64,000 nucleotides of DNA from an uncultured delta proteobacterium (GCA_963796055.1 CAWCKH010000004.1:288001-352000), one strand, 5' to 3'. Shown: positions 18,919 through 28,337, numbered from the stretch's first letter. Notes: generated by a model not told the origin, from the sequence alone. Program-made: numbers and translations.

Positions 18919-19305
18919 GCAGGGGCGGAGCGGTACTCACCGACTGCATCCTGCAGCCGCGCTGCTCATCCCTGTTCGAGGATCCGGCTCGCCCCAGCTC
19001 CGTCCCTGCGCAAGCGGCCGAGTTTACTGCCGCGACAATCGCGTCCTCATTAGTCGGGCTTCAGCGAGTGCACGACGGGCTGCGATTGTAACGCAACCGC
19101 CACCTGCAGCTCAGGCCTTGGCCCATTGAAGACCTCAGCGCCCGAGCGCGCCTGACTTTCATCGGCAGCATCAGACTCCAGGTTGGTTGCACGCACGGGC
19201 GACGAGGTGGAGCACCTTCGATCAAGTCCCAGGTCGGGCACTGGACGTTCGGCCGGCTGGTGCCCAACCTCCCTGCTCGCTAGTTGCTCGCCAGGAGGGA
19301 TCCCC

Positions 19306-20547
19306 ATGTCCTCCATCCCCACCACCGACGTCTTGCGGGACCTCGAGGCCATCTCCCGGCTCCGCGCGGTCCCGACGATTCTCCGGGTGATCAGCGAGAC
19401 CACGGGCCTGCGGTTCACGCTGGTCGCCCGCGTGACCGACGACCAGTGGGTCGTCTGTGCCTTCCACGACGAGCTCTCGTTGGGCCTCAGGCCGCGTGGG
19501 GCGCTGGCTGTCGCCACGACGCTGTGCAAGAAGGTGCGCGCGATTCAGGCCCCCGTAGCGATGGGCCACGCGAGCACCGACGTCTACTGGCCCACTCCCA
19601 GGATGTACGGGTTCGAGAGCTACATCTCGGTGCCGCTCTTCCGAACCGATGGCCGGTACTTCGGGACGGTGTGCGGACTCGACCCCAGGCCCTTGCCGGT
19701 GACTCAGCACAAGGTCACGGACATGATGCGGCACTTCTCTGAGCTCATTTCGCTTCAGCTGGCCGCCGATGCCCGGGAGCAGGCGGCCCACGCCGAGGTG
19801 GTGAAATCCGAACAGGCCGTCCGGCTCCGTGAGCAGTTCATCGCCGTTCTCAGCCATGACCTCCGCAACCCCCTCGCCTCGGTGGGAGTGACAACCGAGG
19901 CGCTGTTGCAGCGGCCGCTCAACGAGGCGGAGCGCAGGTCCCTCGAGCGCATTCGTTTCAGCGTCCAGCGGATGGCGACCATGGTCACCGACTTGCTCGA
20001 CGTCACGCGAGCGAAGCTGGGTTCGGGGCTCGGGGTGGTCATGGCCGACGCCAGCGATCTCGAGAGCACGTTCCGCCACGTGGTTTCCGAGCTGGAGCAG
20101 GCGAACCCGCAGCGGACGGTGAACGTCACCATCGGGAAGCTAGGGACGGTGCGCTGCGACAGCGAGCGTCTGGGGCAGCTGCTCTCGAATCTGCTGGCCA
20201 ACGCGCTGGTGCATGGCGCCCCGGATCGACCTGTCGATGTCCGCGCCGAGCGGTCTGCAGGACCCCGGGGAGACACACTCCTCATCGAGGTCCGGAACCA
20301 GGGCACTGCGATCCCCGCGGCGGTCCGGGAGCGCCTGTTCCAGCCCTACACCCGCGGGGGTTCCGGCTCTCCACACGGGCTAGGGCTCGGCTTGTACATC
20401 GTGAAGCAGATCTCGGACGCGCACGGTGGGTCACTGGAGGTGGAGTCGACCAACGAGGGCGGAACGTGCTTCCGGTTCCACTTGCCCGTGGTGCGCTCGA
20501 GACGCTTCGAGGCTCCGCTGCCCGAACAGCGGCTCTGGGCCGGATAG
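19306..20547 (+). CDS. GAF-domain sensor histidine kinase
   Basis: GAF (ESYISVPL..FGTVCGLD), H-box SHDLRNPL, N-box NLLANALVHG, G2 GLGLGLYIV. SD AGGAGG. Confidence 0.92.
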   Translation: MSSIPTTDVLRDLEAISRLRAVPTILRVISETTGLRFTLVARVTDDQWVVCAFHDELSLGLRPRGALAVATTLCKKVRAIQAPVAMGHASTDVYWPTPRMYGFESYISVPLFRTDGRYFGTVCGLDPRPLPVTQHKVTDMMRHFSELISLQLAADAREQAAHAEVVKSEQAVRLREQFIAVLSHDLRNPLASVGVTTEALLQRPLNEAERRSLERIRFSVQRMATMVTDLLDVTRAKLGSGLGVVMADASDLESTFRHVVSELEQANPQRTVNVTIGKLGTVRCDSERLGQLLSNLLANALVHGAPDRPVDVRAERSAGPRGDTLLIEVRNQGTAIPAAVRERLFQPYTRGGSGSPHGLGLGLYIVKQISDAHGGSLEVESTNEGGTCFRFHLPVVRSRRFEAPLPEQRLWAG

Positions 20548-20611
20548 ACAGTCCGGGCGGGCGCTCGTGGAGGCGACGGGCCACGACCTGGATCCGCAGC
20601 AGGTGTCCGAC

Positions 20612-21127
20612 CTACAGCGGCTCGCGGACCACCGTCGCTGCGTCCACCTCCTCGACCGAGCTCAGCAGGTAGACGTGCCGGAAGCCCTCCTTCTGGAGGT
20701 CGCCCACCCCCTGGTGCATGTGCAGGCGCTGCGCGCGGACCACATGCGTGCCGACGTCGCGGTCGAGCCGTCCCGCGTTGCGCTCGTGGCAGATGGTCTC
20801 CGGCAGGTCGAAGACAATTGCTATCGGCAGCATGTGGTATTCGCGCGCCACCGCCACCGCCTTCTTCCGCGACTCGAGCTGCACGCTGGTCGCGTCGAGC
20901 ACCGTGAGCCGTCCCACGGCCAGCCGCTTCCGCACCACGTAGTAGAGCGCGTCGAAGGCGTCCTCGGTCGCGTTCTGGTCGTTCTCGTCGTCGGAAACGA
21001 GGCCGCGGTAGACGTCGGAGCTGAAGATCTCGGTCGGCTTGAAGTGCCTGCGGGCGAACGTGGACTTCCCGCTCCCGGAGGGGCCGATGAGAACGACGAA
21101 GGACAGCTCGGGGATCGAGAGCTTCAC
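20612..21127 (-). CDS. Stand-alone polynucleotide 5'-kinase domain of bacterial Pnkp type (AAA_33); phosphatase and ligase domains absent
   Basis: KLSIPELSFVVLIGPSGSGKSTFARRHFKPTE..SSD..RGLVSDDENDQ...KEGFRHVYLL..REPL* is collinear with the N-terminal kinase module of Pnkp. GTGA overlap with the upstream gene. Confidence 0.8.
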   Translation of the reverse strand: MKLSIPELSFVVLIGPSGSGKSTFARRHFKPTEIFSSDVYRGLVSDDENDQNATEDAFDALYYVVRKRLAVGRLTVLDATSVQLESRKKAVAVAREYHMLPIAIVFDLPETICHERNAGRLDRDVGTHVVRAQRLHMHQGVGDLQKEGFRHVYLLSSVEEVDAATVVREPL

Positions 21128-21621
21128 CGCCGCGCCATGATGGTCACCAGGAGGATGGCGGAGCCGACGCAGCTGAGCGTCCGGACGTGGTTCCACCGGG
21201 TCCACTCCACCAGGTAACGCGACCAGAGGCCCGTCGGGCCCGAGGGGTCGGGCCCGAGCGCTGCCAGCGCGTCGTTCAGCGGCACGTTGCGGACCATCGT
21301 CACTCCGAAGCAGCCGAGCAGATAGAGGAGGCTGGCGGCGAGGAGCAAGGCCCCGTCCAGGCTCCCCCACCAGCGGAGGGACGCGAGCGCGAGCGCGAGG
21401 GACAGCAGCGCGGTGCCCAGAAAGACCAGCATGAAGCCGGGGTTGATGACCGTGACGTTGATCGCGTTCATCGCCGCGATTCCGGCCCGGGGCGGAATGC
21501 CACCCAGCGCGCGCATGACGAAGGAGGAGAAGGCGAAGAAGACGCCTCCGGCCAGTCCCGTCCCGACCGTGGCGGCACAGCAGCAGACGAGCACCATCCG
21601 TTCGAAGTTCATGCGATCCAC
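21124..21621 (-). CDS. DUF1772 / anthrone oxygenase-family membrane protein
   Basis: GVFFAFSSFVMRAL, GIAAMNAIN, NVPLNDALA, WTRWNHVRT. Confidence 0.9.
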   Translation of the reverse strand: MDRMNFERMVLVCCCAATVGTGLAGGVFFAFSSFVMRALGGIPPRAGIAAMNAINVTVINPGFMLVFLGTALLSLALALASLRWWGSLDGALLLAASLLYLLGCFGVTMVRNVPLNDALAALGPDPSGPTGLWSRYLVEWTRWNHVRTLSCVGSAILLVTIMARR

Positions 21622-21834
21622 CTCTTGCTACTCGATGCCGCCTTCCAGCTAGCGCGGCAGCGTGGTCAGCGCCAGGCCGTCCCCGAGGGGCCAGCTGGTC
21701 CTGGAAGTAGCCTTCGGCTGCAGTCAGTGTCCGTCCCTGCGTCGCTGACCCAGGCCGGAACGCGGCGGGCACCTGTCATATGCCCGCCCGCCTCGAGCGA
21801 CCAAGGCCCCGGGGACACCCCCAGGAGGCCTTCC

Positions 21835-22785
21835 ATGTGCAGACGTCTATCCGTCTTGACCGTGCTGTGCGCCGCGTGCGGCTCGGGAACCATCCCGGAG
21901 TCCGCGACGTCCGAATCGTTCCTGACCGGGCTCCCCTCTCGCCAGACTCTCGAGGTCTCGGGCCCGAGCGCACGCGCTCCCGCCGCCCTCACCGTGCGCT
22001 CGTCGGCGCTGGTGGGTGAGACTGCCGGGCTTTACGTCCTCACCCGGAAGGCGTCGGAGGACGTGAACGGGCTCGTCGGACACACGCTCGACACCCTGCA
22101 CGCCATCGCCCGGAGCCCGCCGGCCGCGGTTGGACCGGACAGCGCCGCCTGGGGCCCGATCACCGATGCGCTCTCTCCCGTCGCCGGTCGCCTGGTCATC
22201 CACCGCGTCGGTCCCGGGGCGCACCAGTTTCGTCTGGACCTGCGCCCCCGTTCCTCCCCCGACTCCGAGTTCGAGACCTTCCTCCTGGGCGCCTCGACCG
22301 GCGCCGGCCCCGGCGGCCCGGCGGAGGGCTCGTTCTCGGTGGACCTCACGCTCGCCCACCGCCTCGACCCCGTCGCCCAGCCCAGCGAGGGCCAGCTCGT
22401 CGCCGGATGGACCATTGCGCCCGAGCAACGGGCGGTGCGCGTCCACCTCGCCGACGTCCACACCGACTCGGGGCTGGCGAGCAACGGTGAGCTGGGCGCG
22501 CTGACCGGCGCCGACGGCTCGGGAGTGCTCGCCATCGACGCCCAGGGAGATCTCGACGGTGATCCAGCCACGGTCGAGACCGGAAGGGTCCGCTCGCGCT
22601 GGCTGCCGACCGGCGCAGGCCGGGCCGACGTCGAGACCCACGCCGATGCCGGCCAGGGCATGCTGGTGACCGAGTGCTGGGACGCGAGCTTCGGCCGGGT
22701 CTACGCCACCGCCAGGACTCCCGACGGGGGCATCGGCGAGGAGGGCGACGCGAGCGACTGCGTCTTCAGCGAACCGTTGCGCTAG
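21835..22785 (+). CDS. Putative lipoprotein
   Basis: SD AGGAGG, lipobox LCAA-C, C-terminal RSRWLPTGAGRAD...ECWD...GDASDC. Confidence 0.75.
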   Translation: MCRRLSVLTVLCAACGSGTIPESATSESFLTGLPSRQTLEVSGPSARAPAALTVRSSALVGETAGLYVLTRKASEDVNGLVGHTLDTLHAIARSPPAAVGPDSAAWGPITDALSPVAGRLVIHRVGPGAHQFRLDLRPRSSPDSEFETFLLGASTGAGPGGPAEGSFSVDLTLAHRLDPVAQPSEGQLVAGWTIAPEQRAVRVHLADVHTDSGLASNGELGALTGADGSGVLAIDAQGDLDGDPATVETGRVRSRWLPTGAGRADVETHADAGQGMLVTECWDASFGRVYATARTPDGGIGEEGDASDCVFSEPLR

Positions 22786-22806
22786 CGTCCGTCATGGGCC
22801 CGACGC

Positions 22807-23313
22807 GTGGCAGCGGACGACCTCGAGCAGCAGATCGCTGCGCTCCATCCGGCGACCTTCGCCTGGGCCCTGGCCTGCACCCGCTGGAACGCGACCGAGG
22901 CCGAGGAGGTCCTCCAGTCCGTGTACCTGTCCCTCCTCGAAGGCCGCGCCCGGTTCGACGGGTGCTCCACCTTCAAGACCTGGCTGTTCTCCGTGGTGCG
23001 CAACATGGCCGCCGGCGCTCGGCGGCGACGCTGGCTGGAGGCGCGGGCATCCTGGCGGATGTTCCTCGGTGGGGCGCCGGAGCCCGGGCCGCATGAGGCG
23101 GTCACCTCGGAGGAGCGTGGGGAGCGCATCCGCCGTGCGCTCGGCACCCTTCCCGCCCGCCAGCGCGAGGTGCTCGATCTGGTGTTCTTCCACGAGATGA
23201 CCATCGAGCAGGCGGCCCAGGTCATGGAGGTGTCGACGGGGACGGCGCGCACGCACTACCACCGTGGCAAGCTGCACCTCCTCGAGCTGCTCGGACCGGA
23301 GGACCCGAGATGA
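22807..23313 (+). CDS. ECF RNA polymerase sigma factor
   Basis: AEEVLQ, FKTWLFSVVRN (region 2), LPARQREVLDLVFFHEMTIEQAAQVM..GTARTHYHRGK (region 4). Confidence 0.88.
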   Translation: MAADDLEQQIAALHPATFAWALACTRWNATEAEEVLQSVYLSLLEGRARFDGCSTFKTWLFSVVRNMAAGARRRRWLEARASWRMFLGGAPEPGPHEAVTSEERGERIRRALGTLPARQREVLDLVFFHEMTIEQAAQVMEVSTGTARTHYHRGKLHLLELLGPEDPR

Positions 23314-23630
23314 GACCGGCAGACGACGAGGCACGCCTCCGCGCCGCCCTGGCCGAGGCTCACCGGCAGGATGTGGAGCGGACTCCCTCCTTTGCCCGGA
23401 TGTGGTCGCCGACCCGGCGCCCCCGAAGTGCGCGCAGCCGGCGTCTCGTTCTTGGCGGTCTCGTCGCGGCAGCCGCGGTCGCCATCTGGGCCGTGACCCG
23501 TCCTGCTGCCCCGCCCCCGTGGCATCCCACCGGAACGCGCTGGGTCGCGCCGACCGACTTCCTCCTCGAGACCCCCGACATGGTCACCCTTCGCACCCTC
23601 CCCACCCTGGAAAACCGAGGCCTCCCATGA
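23310..23630 (+). CDS. Putative single-TM anti-sigma factor
   Basis: ATGA-coupled to the sigma gene. One TM helix (LVLGGLVAAAAVAIWAV) and C-terminal WVAPTDFLL.TP. Confidence 0.6.
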   Translation: MRPADDEARLRAALAEAHRQDVERTPSFARMWSPTRRPRSARSRRLVLGGLVAAAAVAIWAVTRPAAPPPWHPTGTRWVAPTDFLLETPDMVTLRTLPTLENRGLP

Positions 23631-24055
23631 CCTGCCGCGCGCTCTGGATCTGCGTGACGGTGCTCGGGCTCGCCCTTCCGACGCGCGCCGAGGAGCCCCC
23701 GCCGGCCGCCGATCCCTTCGCCGGGAAGCTCTTTCCCCCCGAGCTGATCATGTCCCATCAGGCCGAGCTGGGACTCGACGACCGCCAGCGCGAGGCCATC
23801 CTCAAGGAGCTCGAGCGGGCACAATCGCAGTTCCCCCGGCTCCAGTGGCAGCTCCAGGCCGCGAGCCAGCAGCTGTCCCGCTTGCTCGACGCGCCCCAGG
23901 TCGACGAGGCGAAGGCGCTCGCGCAGGCCGCGGAGGTGATGAAGCTGGAGACGGAGATCAAGCGGACGCACCTCACCCTCCTGATCCGGATCCGGAATGC
24001 GCTGACCGAGGTCCAGCGGAGCAAGCTCCAGGCAATCCGCCGCGGCGGGCCGTAG
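23627..24055 (+). CDS. Periplasmic Spy/CpxP-like (heavy-metal sensor-like) protein
   Basis: Signal peptide, FPPELIM..Q.ELGL...QR, helical body, LTEVQRSKL (LTxxQ motif). Confidence 0.75.
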   Translation: MTCRALWICVTVLGLALPTRAEEPPPAADPFAGKLFPPELIMSHQAELGLDDRQREAILKELERAQSQFPRLQWQLQAASQQLSRLLDAPQVDEAKALAQAAEVMKLETEIKRTHLTLLIRIRNALTEVQRSKLQAIRRGGP

Positions 24056-24235
24056 GCGCCGGGGCAGGGAGCTGTCATGAGCGAGGTCTTCGCTTCTTCC
24101 GGATGGTCGTCGAGGTCGCCTTCCTGCGCGGCGGAACCTCACCGTGCCCAGGAGTCGGCTCTATTCCCTGCATCGACTTGCCTTCTCGCCAAGACCCGGA
24201 TGAGAACGGACGCGGCCCTTTTCGCGGGAGGCGCC

Positions 24236-24727
24236 ATGAAGTTCCGGCTGAAGGTCAACGGGCAGACGCGGGAGCTCGAGGGTCCAGACGACCTTCCGCT
24301 CCTCTGGGCGCTCCGGGACGGGCTCGACCTCAAGGGGACCAAGTTCGGCTGCGGCATCGGGCAGTGCGGGGCCTGCAGCGTGCTGATCGACGGGGTCGCG
24401 CGCCGCTCCTGTGTCACCCCGGTGTCCTCGGTGGGGAAGTCGGCGATCACCACCATCGAGGGACTGTCGCGAGATGCAACCCACCCTCTCCAGCGGGCCT
24501 GGGAGGAGCTGGACGTCCCACAGTGCGGGTACTGCCAGGCCGGACAGCTGATGGCGGCGGCCGCGCTGCTGGCAGAGCACCCCAACCCGACCGATGCCCA
24601 GATCGACGAGGCCATGGCCGGCAATCTCTGCCGCTGCGCCACCTACCTCCGCATCCGGCGGGCGATTCATCGCGCTGCCGAGGTGGGCAAGACCGCCGGG
24701 GCCGGCACCACCGGGAGCGGGCGATGA
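24236..24727 (+). CDS. (2Fe-2S)-binding small subunit, isoquinoline 1-oxidoreductase alpha-like
   Basis: GTKFGCGIGQCGAC, QCGYCQAGQ, GNLCRCATY. Confidence 0.93.
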   Translation: MKFRLKVNGQTRELEGPDDLPLLWALRDGLDLKGTKFGCGIGQCGACSVLIDGVARRSCVTPVSSVGKSAITTIEGLSRDATHPLQRAWEELDVPQCGYCQAGQLMAAAALLAEHPNPTDAQIDEAMAGNLCRCATYLRIRRAIHRAAEVGKTAGAGTTGSGR

Positions 24728-26946
24728 GCGAGCTCACTCGACGTGCCTTCCTCCGGGCCTCGGCCCTCGCCGGCGGTGGCCTCCTGCTCTCCAGCTTCTG
24801 GGATCCCCTCGAGGCAGCCGAGGCCGGGGGCAAGCCGGGGGCCGGGCCCTCTCTCAACGCCTTCATCCGCATTCACCCCGACGGAACCGTCACCATCGCC
24901 GCCAAGAATCCAGAGATCGGCCAGGGCGTGAAGACCATGCTCCCGATGCTGATCGCCGACGAGCTCGACGTGGAGTGGAAAAGGGTCCGGGTCGAACAGG
25001 TTCCGCTGGACACCACCCGCTTCAAGGACCAGTGGGCGGGCGGGAGTCAGGCGGTGCCGAAGAACTGGCTGCCCATGCGACAGGTGGGCGCGGCCACCCG
25101 CTCGATGCTGATCGTCGCCGCGGCGCAGAAGTGGAAGGTGCCCGCGGGGGAGTGCACCACCGCGAAGGGGAAGGTCCTCCACAAGAAGACCGGCCGCTCC
25201 CTCGGATACGGAGCGCTCGCCACAGCCGCCGCTGCCGTCCCGCCGCCGGATCTCGCCTCGGTCAAGCTCAAGGACCCGTCGGAGTTCACCATCATCGGCG
25301 CCCCCATCCCGGGCGTCGACAACCGGGCGATCGTGACCGGCAAGCCCATCTTCGGCGTCGACGTGACCGTGCCCGGGATGCGTCACGCGACGTTCGTGAA
25401 GTGCCCGGTGTTCGGCGGGAAGGTGAAATCCGCCAATGTCGACCAGATCCGGAAGATGCCCGGGGTGCTCAAGGCCTTCGTGGTCGAGGGCGGCACTGAC
25501 CTGGAAGGCCTCCTGGGCGGGGTGGCGATCGTCGCCGACACCTTCTGGAACGCCCAGACCGCCCGGCGTGGCCTCCGGGTGACCTGGGACGAGGGACCCA
25601 CCGCCACGCAGAGCACGGCGGCGTTCGACGCACGGGCCGCCGAGCTGGCCAAGGAGCCTCCGCAGCGCTCGCTCCGCAAGGACGGAGACGTGAAGGCCGC
25701 CCTGGCCAAGGCGCGGGTGGTCACCGCGGAGTACGCCTACCCATTCCTCGCCCACGCCCCGCTCGAGCCGCAGAACTGCACCGCTCACTTCGCGGACGGC
25801 AAGCTCACCCTGTGGGCGCCGACCCAGACTCCCGAGGACGGACGGGAGCTGGTGGCCAAGACGCTGGGCCTCAAGGAAGAGGCGATCAGCATCCACCTGA
25901 TCCGCGCCGGCGGGGGGTTCGGACGGCGCCTGTACAACGACTACCTGGTCGAGGCGGCGTGGATCGCCCGCGAGGCCGGCGTGCCGGTCAAGCTCCTCTG
26001 GACCCGGCCGGACGATTTCCAGCACGACCTGTACCGGCCGGGTGGGTACCACTTCTTCTCCGCCGGCCTGGACGCCGCTGGAACGCTCACCGCTTTCCGC
26101 GACCACTTCATCAGCTTCGGCAGGGACAAGGAGTTCGCCCCCTCCGCGGCCCTGTCCGACGCGGAATTTCCCGCCCGCTACGTTCCGGACGTCGCGCTCG
26201 ACGCCTCGCTGATGCCGCTGGGCATTCCCACCGGAGCCCTCCGCGCCCCCCGAAGCAACGCGATCTGCTTCGCCTTCCAGAGCTTCCTCGACGAGGTGGC
26301 CCACGCCGCCGGGAAAGACCCGCTCGAGTTCCGCCGGGCGCTCCTCGCCGCCGGTCCCTCGGGGCCTCCGCCCACGCCGCCGCCCGGAGCACCCGCCGGC
26401 GGCGCACCGCCGCCACCGACGATGAACCCGGCACGGATGCTCGGAGTGCTGGAACTCGCCGCAGAGAAGTCGGGCTGGGGCAAGCAGCCTCCATCCCGCG
26501 GCACCGGGATGGGCGTGGCGTTCTACTTCAGCCACCGCGGCCACTTCGCCGAAGTGGCGCAGGTATCGGTCAGCAAGAAGGGCAAGCTGCGGATCGAGAG
26601 GGTCTGGGTGGCCGGAGACATCGGCAGCACCATCATCAATCCCAGCATGGCGGAGAACCAGGTCCAGGGCGCGGTGCTGGACGGGATCTCGGAGATGCTG
26701 GGCCAGGAGATCACCTTCGACGCTGGCCGGACCGAGCAGAGCAACTTCCACGAGTACCCGATGCTGGGCATCCAGCAGGCCGTTCCGGTGGAGGTTCACT
26801 TCCGCAAGACCGACTTCCCACCCACCGGCCTCGGCGAGCCCGCGCTGCCACCGGTCATCCCGGCGGTGTGCAACGCCATCTTCGCCGCGACCGGAAAGCG
26901 GGTGCGCTCGCTGCCGCTGTCGAAGCACGATCTTTCCTGGGCCTGA
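24724..26946 (+). CDS. Molybdopterin-binding subunit, xanthine dehydrogenase / IorB family, with Tat signal
   Basis: MSELTRRAFL twin-arginine signal, EIGQG, HAPLEPQNC, GGGFGRR, TGLGEP. ATGA overlap. Confidence 0.93.
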   Translation: MSELTRRAFLRASALAGGGLLLSSFWDPLEAAEAGGKPGAGPSLNAFIRIHPDGTVTIAAKNPEIGQGVKTMLPMLIADELDVEWKRVRVEQVPLDTTRFKDQWAGGSQAVPKNWLPMRQVGAATRSMLIVAAAQKWKVPAGECTTAKGKVLHKKTGRSLGYGALATAAAAVPPPDLASVKLKDPSEFTIIGAPIPGVDNRAIVTGKPIFGVDVTVPGMRHATFVKCPVFGGKVKSANVDQIRKMPGVLKAFVVEGGTDLEGLLGGVAIVADTFWNAQTARRGLRVTWDEGPTATQSTAAFDARAAELAKEPPQRSLRKDGDVKAALAKARVVTAEYAYPFLAHAPLEPQNCTAHFADGKLTLWAPTQTPEDGRELVAKTLGLKEEAISIHLIRAGGGFGRRLYNDYLVEAAWIAREAGVPVKLLWTRPDDFQHDLYRPGGYHFFSAGLDAAGTLTAFRDHFISFGRDKEFAPSAALSDAEFPARYVPDVALDASLMPLGIPTGALRAPRSNAICFAFQSFLDEVAHAAGKDPLEFRRALLAAGPSGPPPTPPPGAPAGGAPPPPTMNPARMLGVLELAAEKSGWGKQPPSRGTGMGVAFYFSHRGHFAEVAQVSVSKKGKLRIERVWVAGDIGSTIINPSMAENQVQGAVLDGISEMLGQEITFDAGRTEQSNFHEYPMLGIQQAVPVEVHFRKTDFPPTGLGEPALPPVIPAVCNAIFAATGKRVRSLPLSKHDLSWA

Positions 26947-27026
26947 GGCCAGCGGGCGTCACCACGGCTGGAAGTCTGGTACCGTCCCTCGCCGTGCTCC
27001 GGAGGGGGACAGAACGCACCCTCGAG

Positions 27027-27473
27027 GTGCCGGTCGATCCGATCCGGGAACGCCCCGGGTTCACCGCGCAGGTGGCCGACGCGATCGTCCGGCGGCTTCT
27101 CGAGTCGCCGCTGGCAGATTCGCTGATCGACCGGATCGTCCAGGCGCTGATGCGGAGTGGCGAGCTGGACCGGCTGATCACCCAGGTGGTGGCCGACCTC
27201 GAGGCGAGCCCCGTCGTGGATTCGCTCGTGGACCGGCAGGTGGCGAGGGTCCTCGACGCGGTCCGGGAGAGCGAGGCGCTGCAGCTCCTGATCCGGGAGC
27301 AGGCCGGCAAGTACCTCGAGCACCTCGGAGAGCACCCGGAGCCAGTGCAGCGACTCATCCGGGAGCAGAGTCGGGGGGTGGTCGAGGAGTTCCTGGAGGC
27401 GCTCCGCGCACGCGCGCTGGCGGGGGACGACGCCGTCGACCGCTGGGTCGGGCGCGCAACGGGCCGGACGTGA
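27027..27473 (+). CDS. Hypothetical all-helical protein
   Basis: Amphipathic helical repeats (IVRRLLESP / IVQALMRSG / VVADLEASP / VARVLDAV). Coupled to the RDD gene. Start uncertain. Confidence 0.6.
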   Translation: MPVDPIRERPGFTAQVADAIVRRLLESPLADSLIDRIVQALMRSGELDRLITQVVADLEASPVVDSLVDRQVARVLDAVRESEALQLLIREQAGKYLEHLGEHPEPVQRLIREQSRGVVEEFLEALRARALAGDDAVDRWVGRATGRT

Positions 27474-27982
27474 CTCCGCGCTACGGCGGCGTGGTGAGCC
27501 GGGGGCTGGCTCTCCTGGCCGACACGGTGGTCCTCGCGCTGCTCCTCGCCGGAACGAGTTGGGTCGTGCCCGAGCTCGCAAGCCGTCTCTTCGGCATCCC
27601 CACCGACCCGGCGCGCTGCGGCTCCGGGACGGAGTGGTGGCGGGTGCGCGCGCATCTGTGCCACGCGCTGGGCTGGCTCACTCCCCTGGCGGCCCTCGCC
27701 TTTCCCCCGCTGTACCGGGTGGGCTTCTGGAGCGTGACCGGACGCACACCGGGGATGGCCCTCCTCGGCCTGCGGCTGCTCCGCACCGACCTTCAGCCGA
27801 TCGGCTTCTCGATCGCGATCCGTCGCTGGGCGCTGCGGGTGGGCAGCGTTCTCGCGCTGGGGCTGGGATTCCTGCCGGTCCTGTTCTCCACCCGCCGCCA
27901 GGCGTTCCATGATCGCTTCGCGGGCACGGTGGTGGTCCACGACTGGGTGACGCCGACGTGGCATCCTGGCGAGGGCCGCTGA
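27470..27982 (+). CDS. RDD family membrane protein
   Basis: YGGVVSRGLALLAD, GRTPGMALLGLRLL, RRQAFHDRFAGTVVV. Confidence 0.88.
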   Translation: MTPRYGGVVSRGLALLADTVVLALLLAGTSWVVPELASRLFGIPTDPARCGSGTEWWRVRAHLCHALGWLTPLAALAFPPLYRVGFWSVTGRTPGMALLGLRLLRTDLQPIGFSIAIRRWALRVGSVLALGLGFLPVLFSTRRQAFHDRFAGTVVVHDWVTPTWHPGEGR

Positions 27983-28157
27983 ACGCACCGGGCCACGGCC
28001 GCGCGCGGGACTTCTGCCGCGTCACCTTGTTCGCCTGCTTCCCGAGCGCCGTGCGGGTGCTCGCCGGCAGGTGCTTCAGGGTCTGCTTCCGCTTCGCCGC
28101 GGCCGCCGCCTTCTTGATGTTCCACCTCGCCGCCGACTTCTGACGCGCTGTGGCCAT
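27678..28157 (-). CDS. Small basic protein MATARQKSAARWNIKKAAAAAKRK...; credible part about 28005-28157, stop apparently lost
   Basis: SD-led ATG and about 50 aa rich in Lys/Arg/Ala. The remainder runs antisense through the RDD gene and looks non-coding. Confidence 0.5.
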   Translation of the reverse strand: MATARQKSAARWNIKKAAAAAKRKQTLKHLPASTRTALGKQANKVTRQKSRARPWPGAFSGPRQDATSASPSRGPPPCPRSDHGTPGGGWRTGPAGIPAPARERCPPAAPSDGSRSRSRSAEGRCGAAAGRGGPSPVCVRSRSRSPPGTAGERRGPPGE

Positions 28158-28169
28158 CTCTTGCCTCGG

Positions 28170-28337
28170 CTACCGCTTCGAGCGACGGCCCCCCTTGCGA
28201 CTGGCCCTCTTGCCCGCATTGGTGATCTTCGCCGCGCGCGCCTTGGACAGCCCCTTGCGCCGCAGGGCCCGGTACTGCCTCGGATTCTTGGTGGCCTTGC
28301 CGCCCTTCCGGGCACTGCTCTCCTTCCGACCTGGCAT
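28170..28337 (-). CDS. Small basic protein (DUF7218-like)
   Basis: SD GAGGAGG. MPGRKESSARKGGKATKNPRQYRALRRKGLSKARAAKITNAG contains the KN..QY.ALR.KG.SK..AA.I.N signature. Confidence 0.7.
   Translation of the reverse strand: MPGRKESSARKGGKATKNPRQYRALRRKGLSKARAAKITNAGKRASRKGGRRSKR

Noticed and set aside
18930..19300. Lower-GC-looking intergenic stretch before the GAF kinase
   Set aside because: No recognisable ORF, repeat or RNA structure in the frames I translated.
21756..21771. GG-N10-GC sigma-54-like element before the lipoprotein at 21835
   Set aside because: Poor match at both boxes (CGGAACG / GGGCA). Likely chance in GC-rich DNA.
23845..24723. Long N-terminal extensions in the ORF track (1033-aa IorB, 948-aa Lon, 799-aa DUF885, 1086-aa NirB) suggesting fusions
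   Set aside because: The extensions overlap other genes or promoters and are low-complexity. Internal starts with overlaps or signal peptides explain the real proteins.
26350..26420. Pro/Gly-rich repeat-like DNA inside the IorB-like gene
   Set aside because: An in-frame low-complexity loop (GPPPTPPPGAPAGGAPPPPT), not a repeat element.
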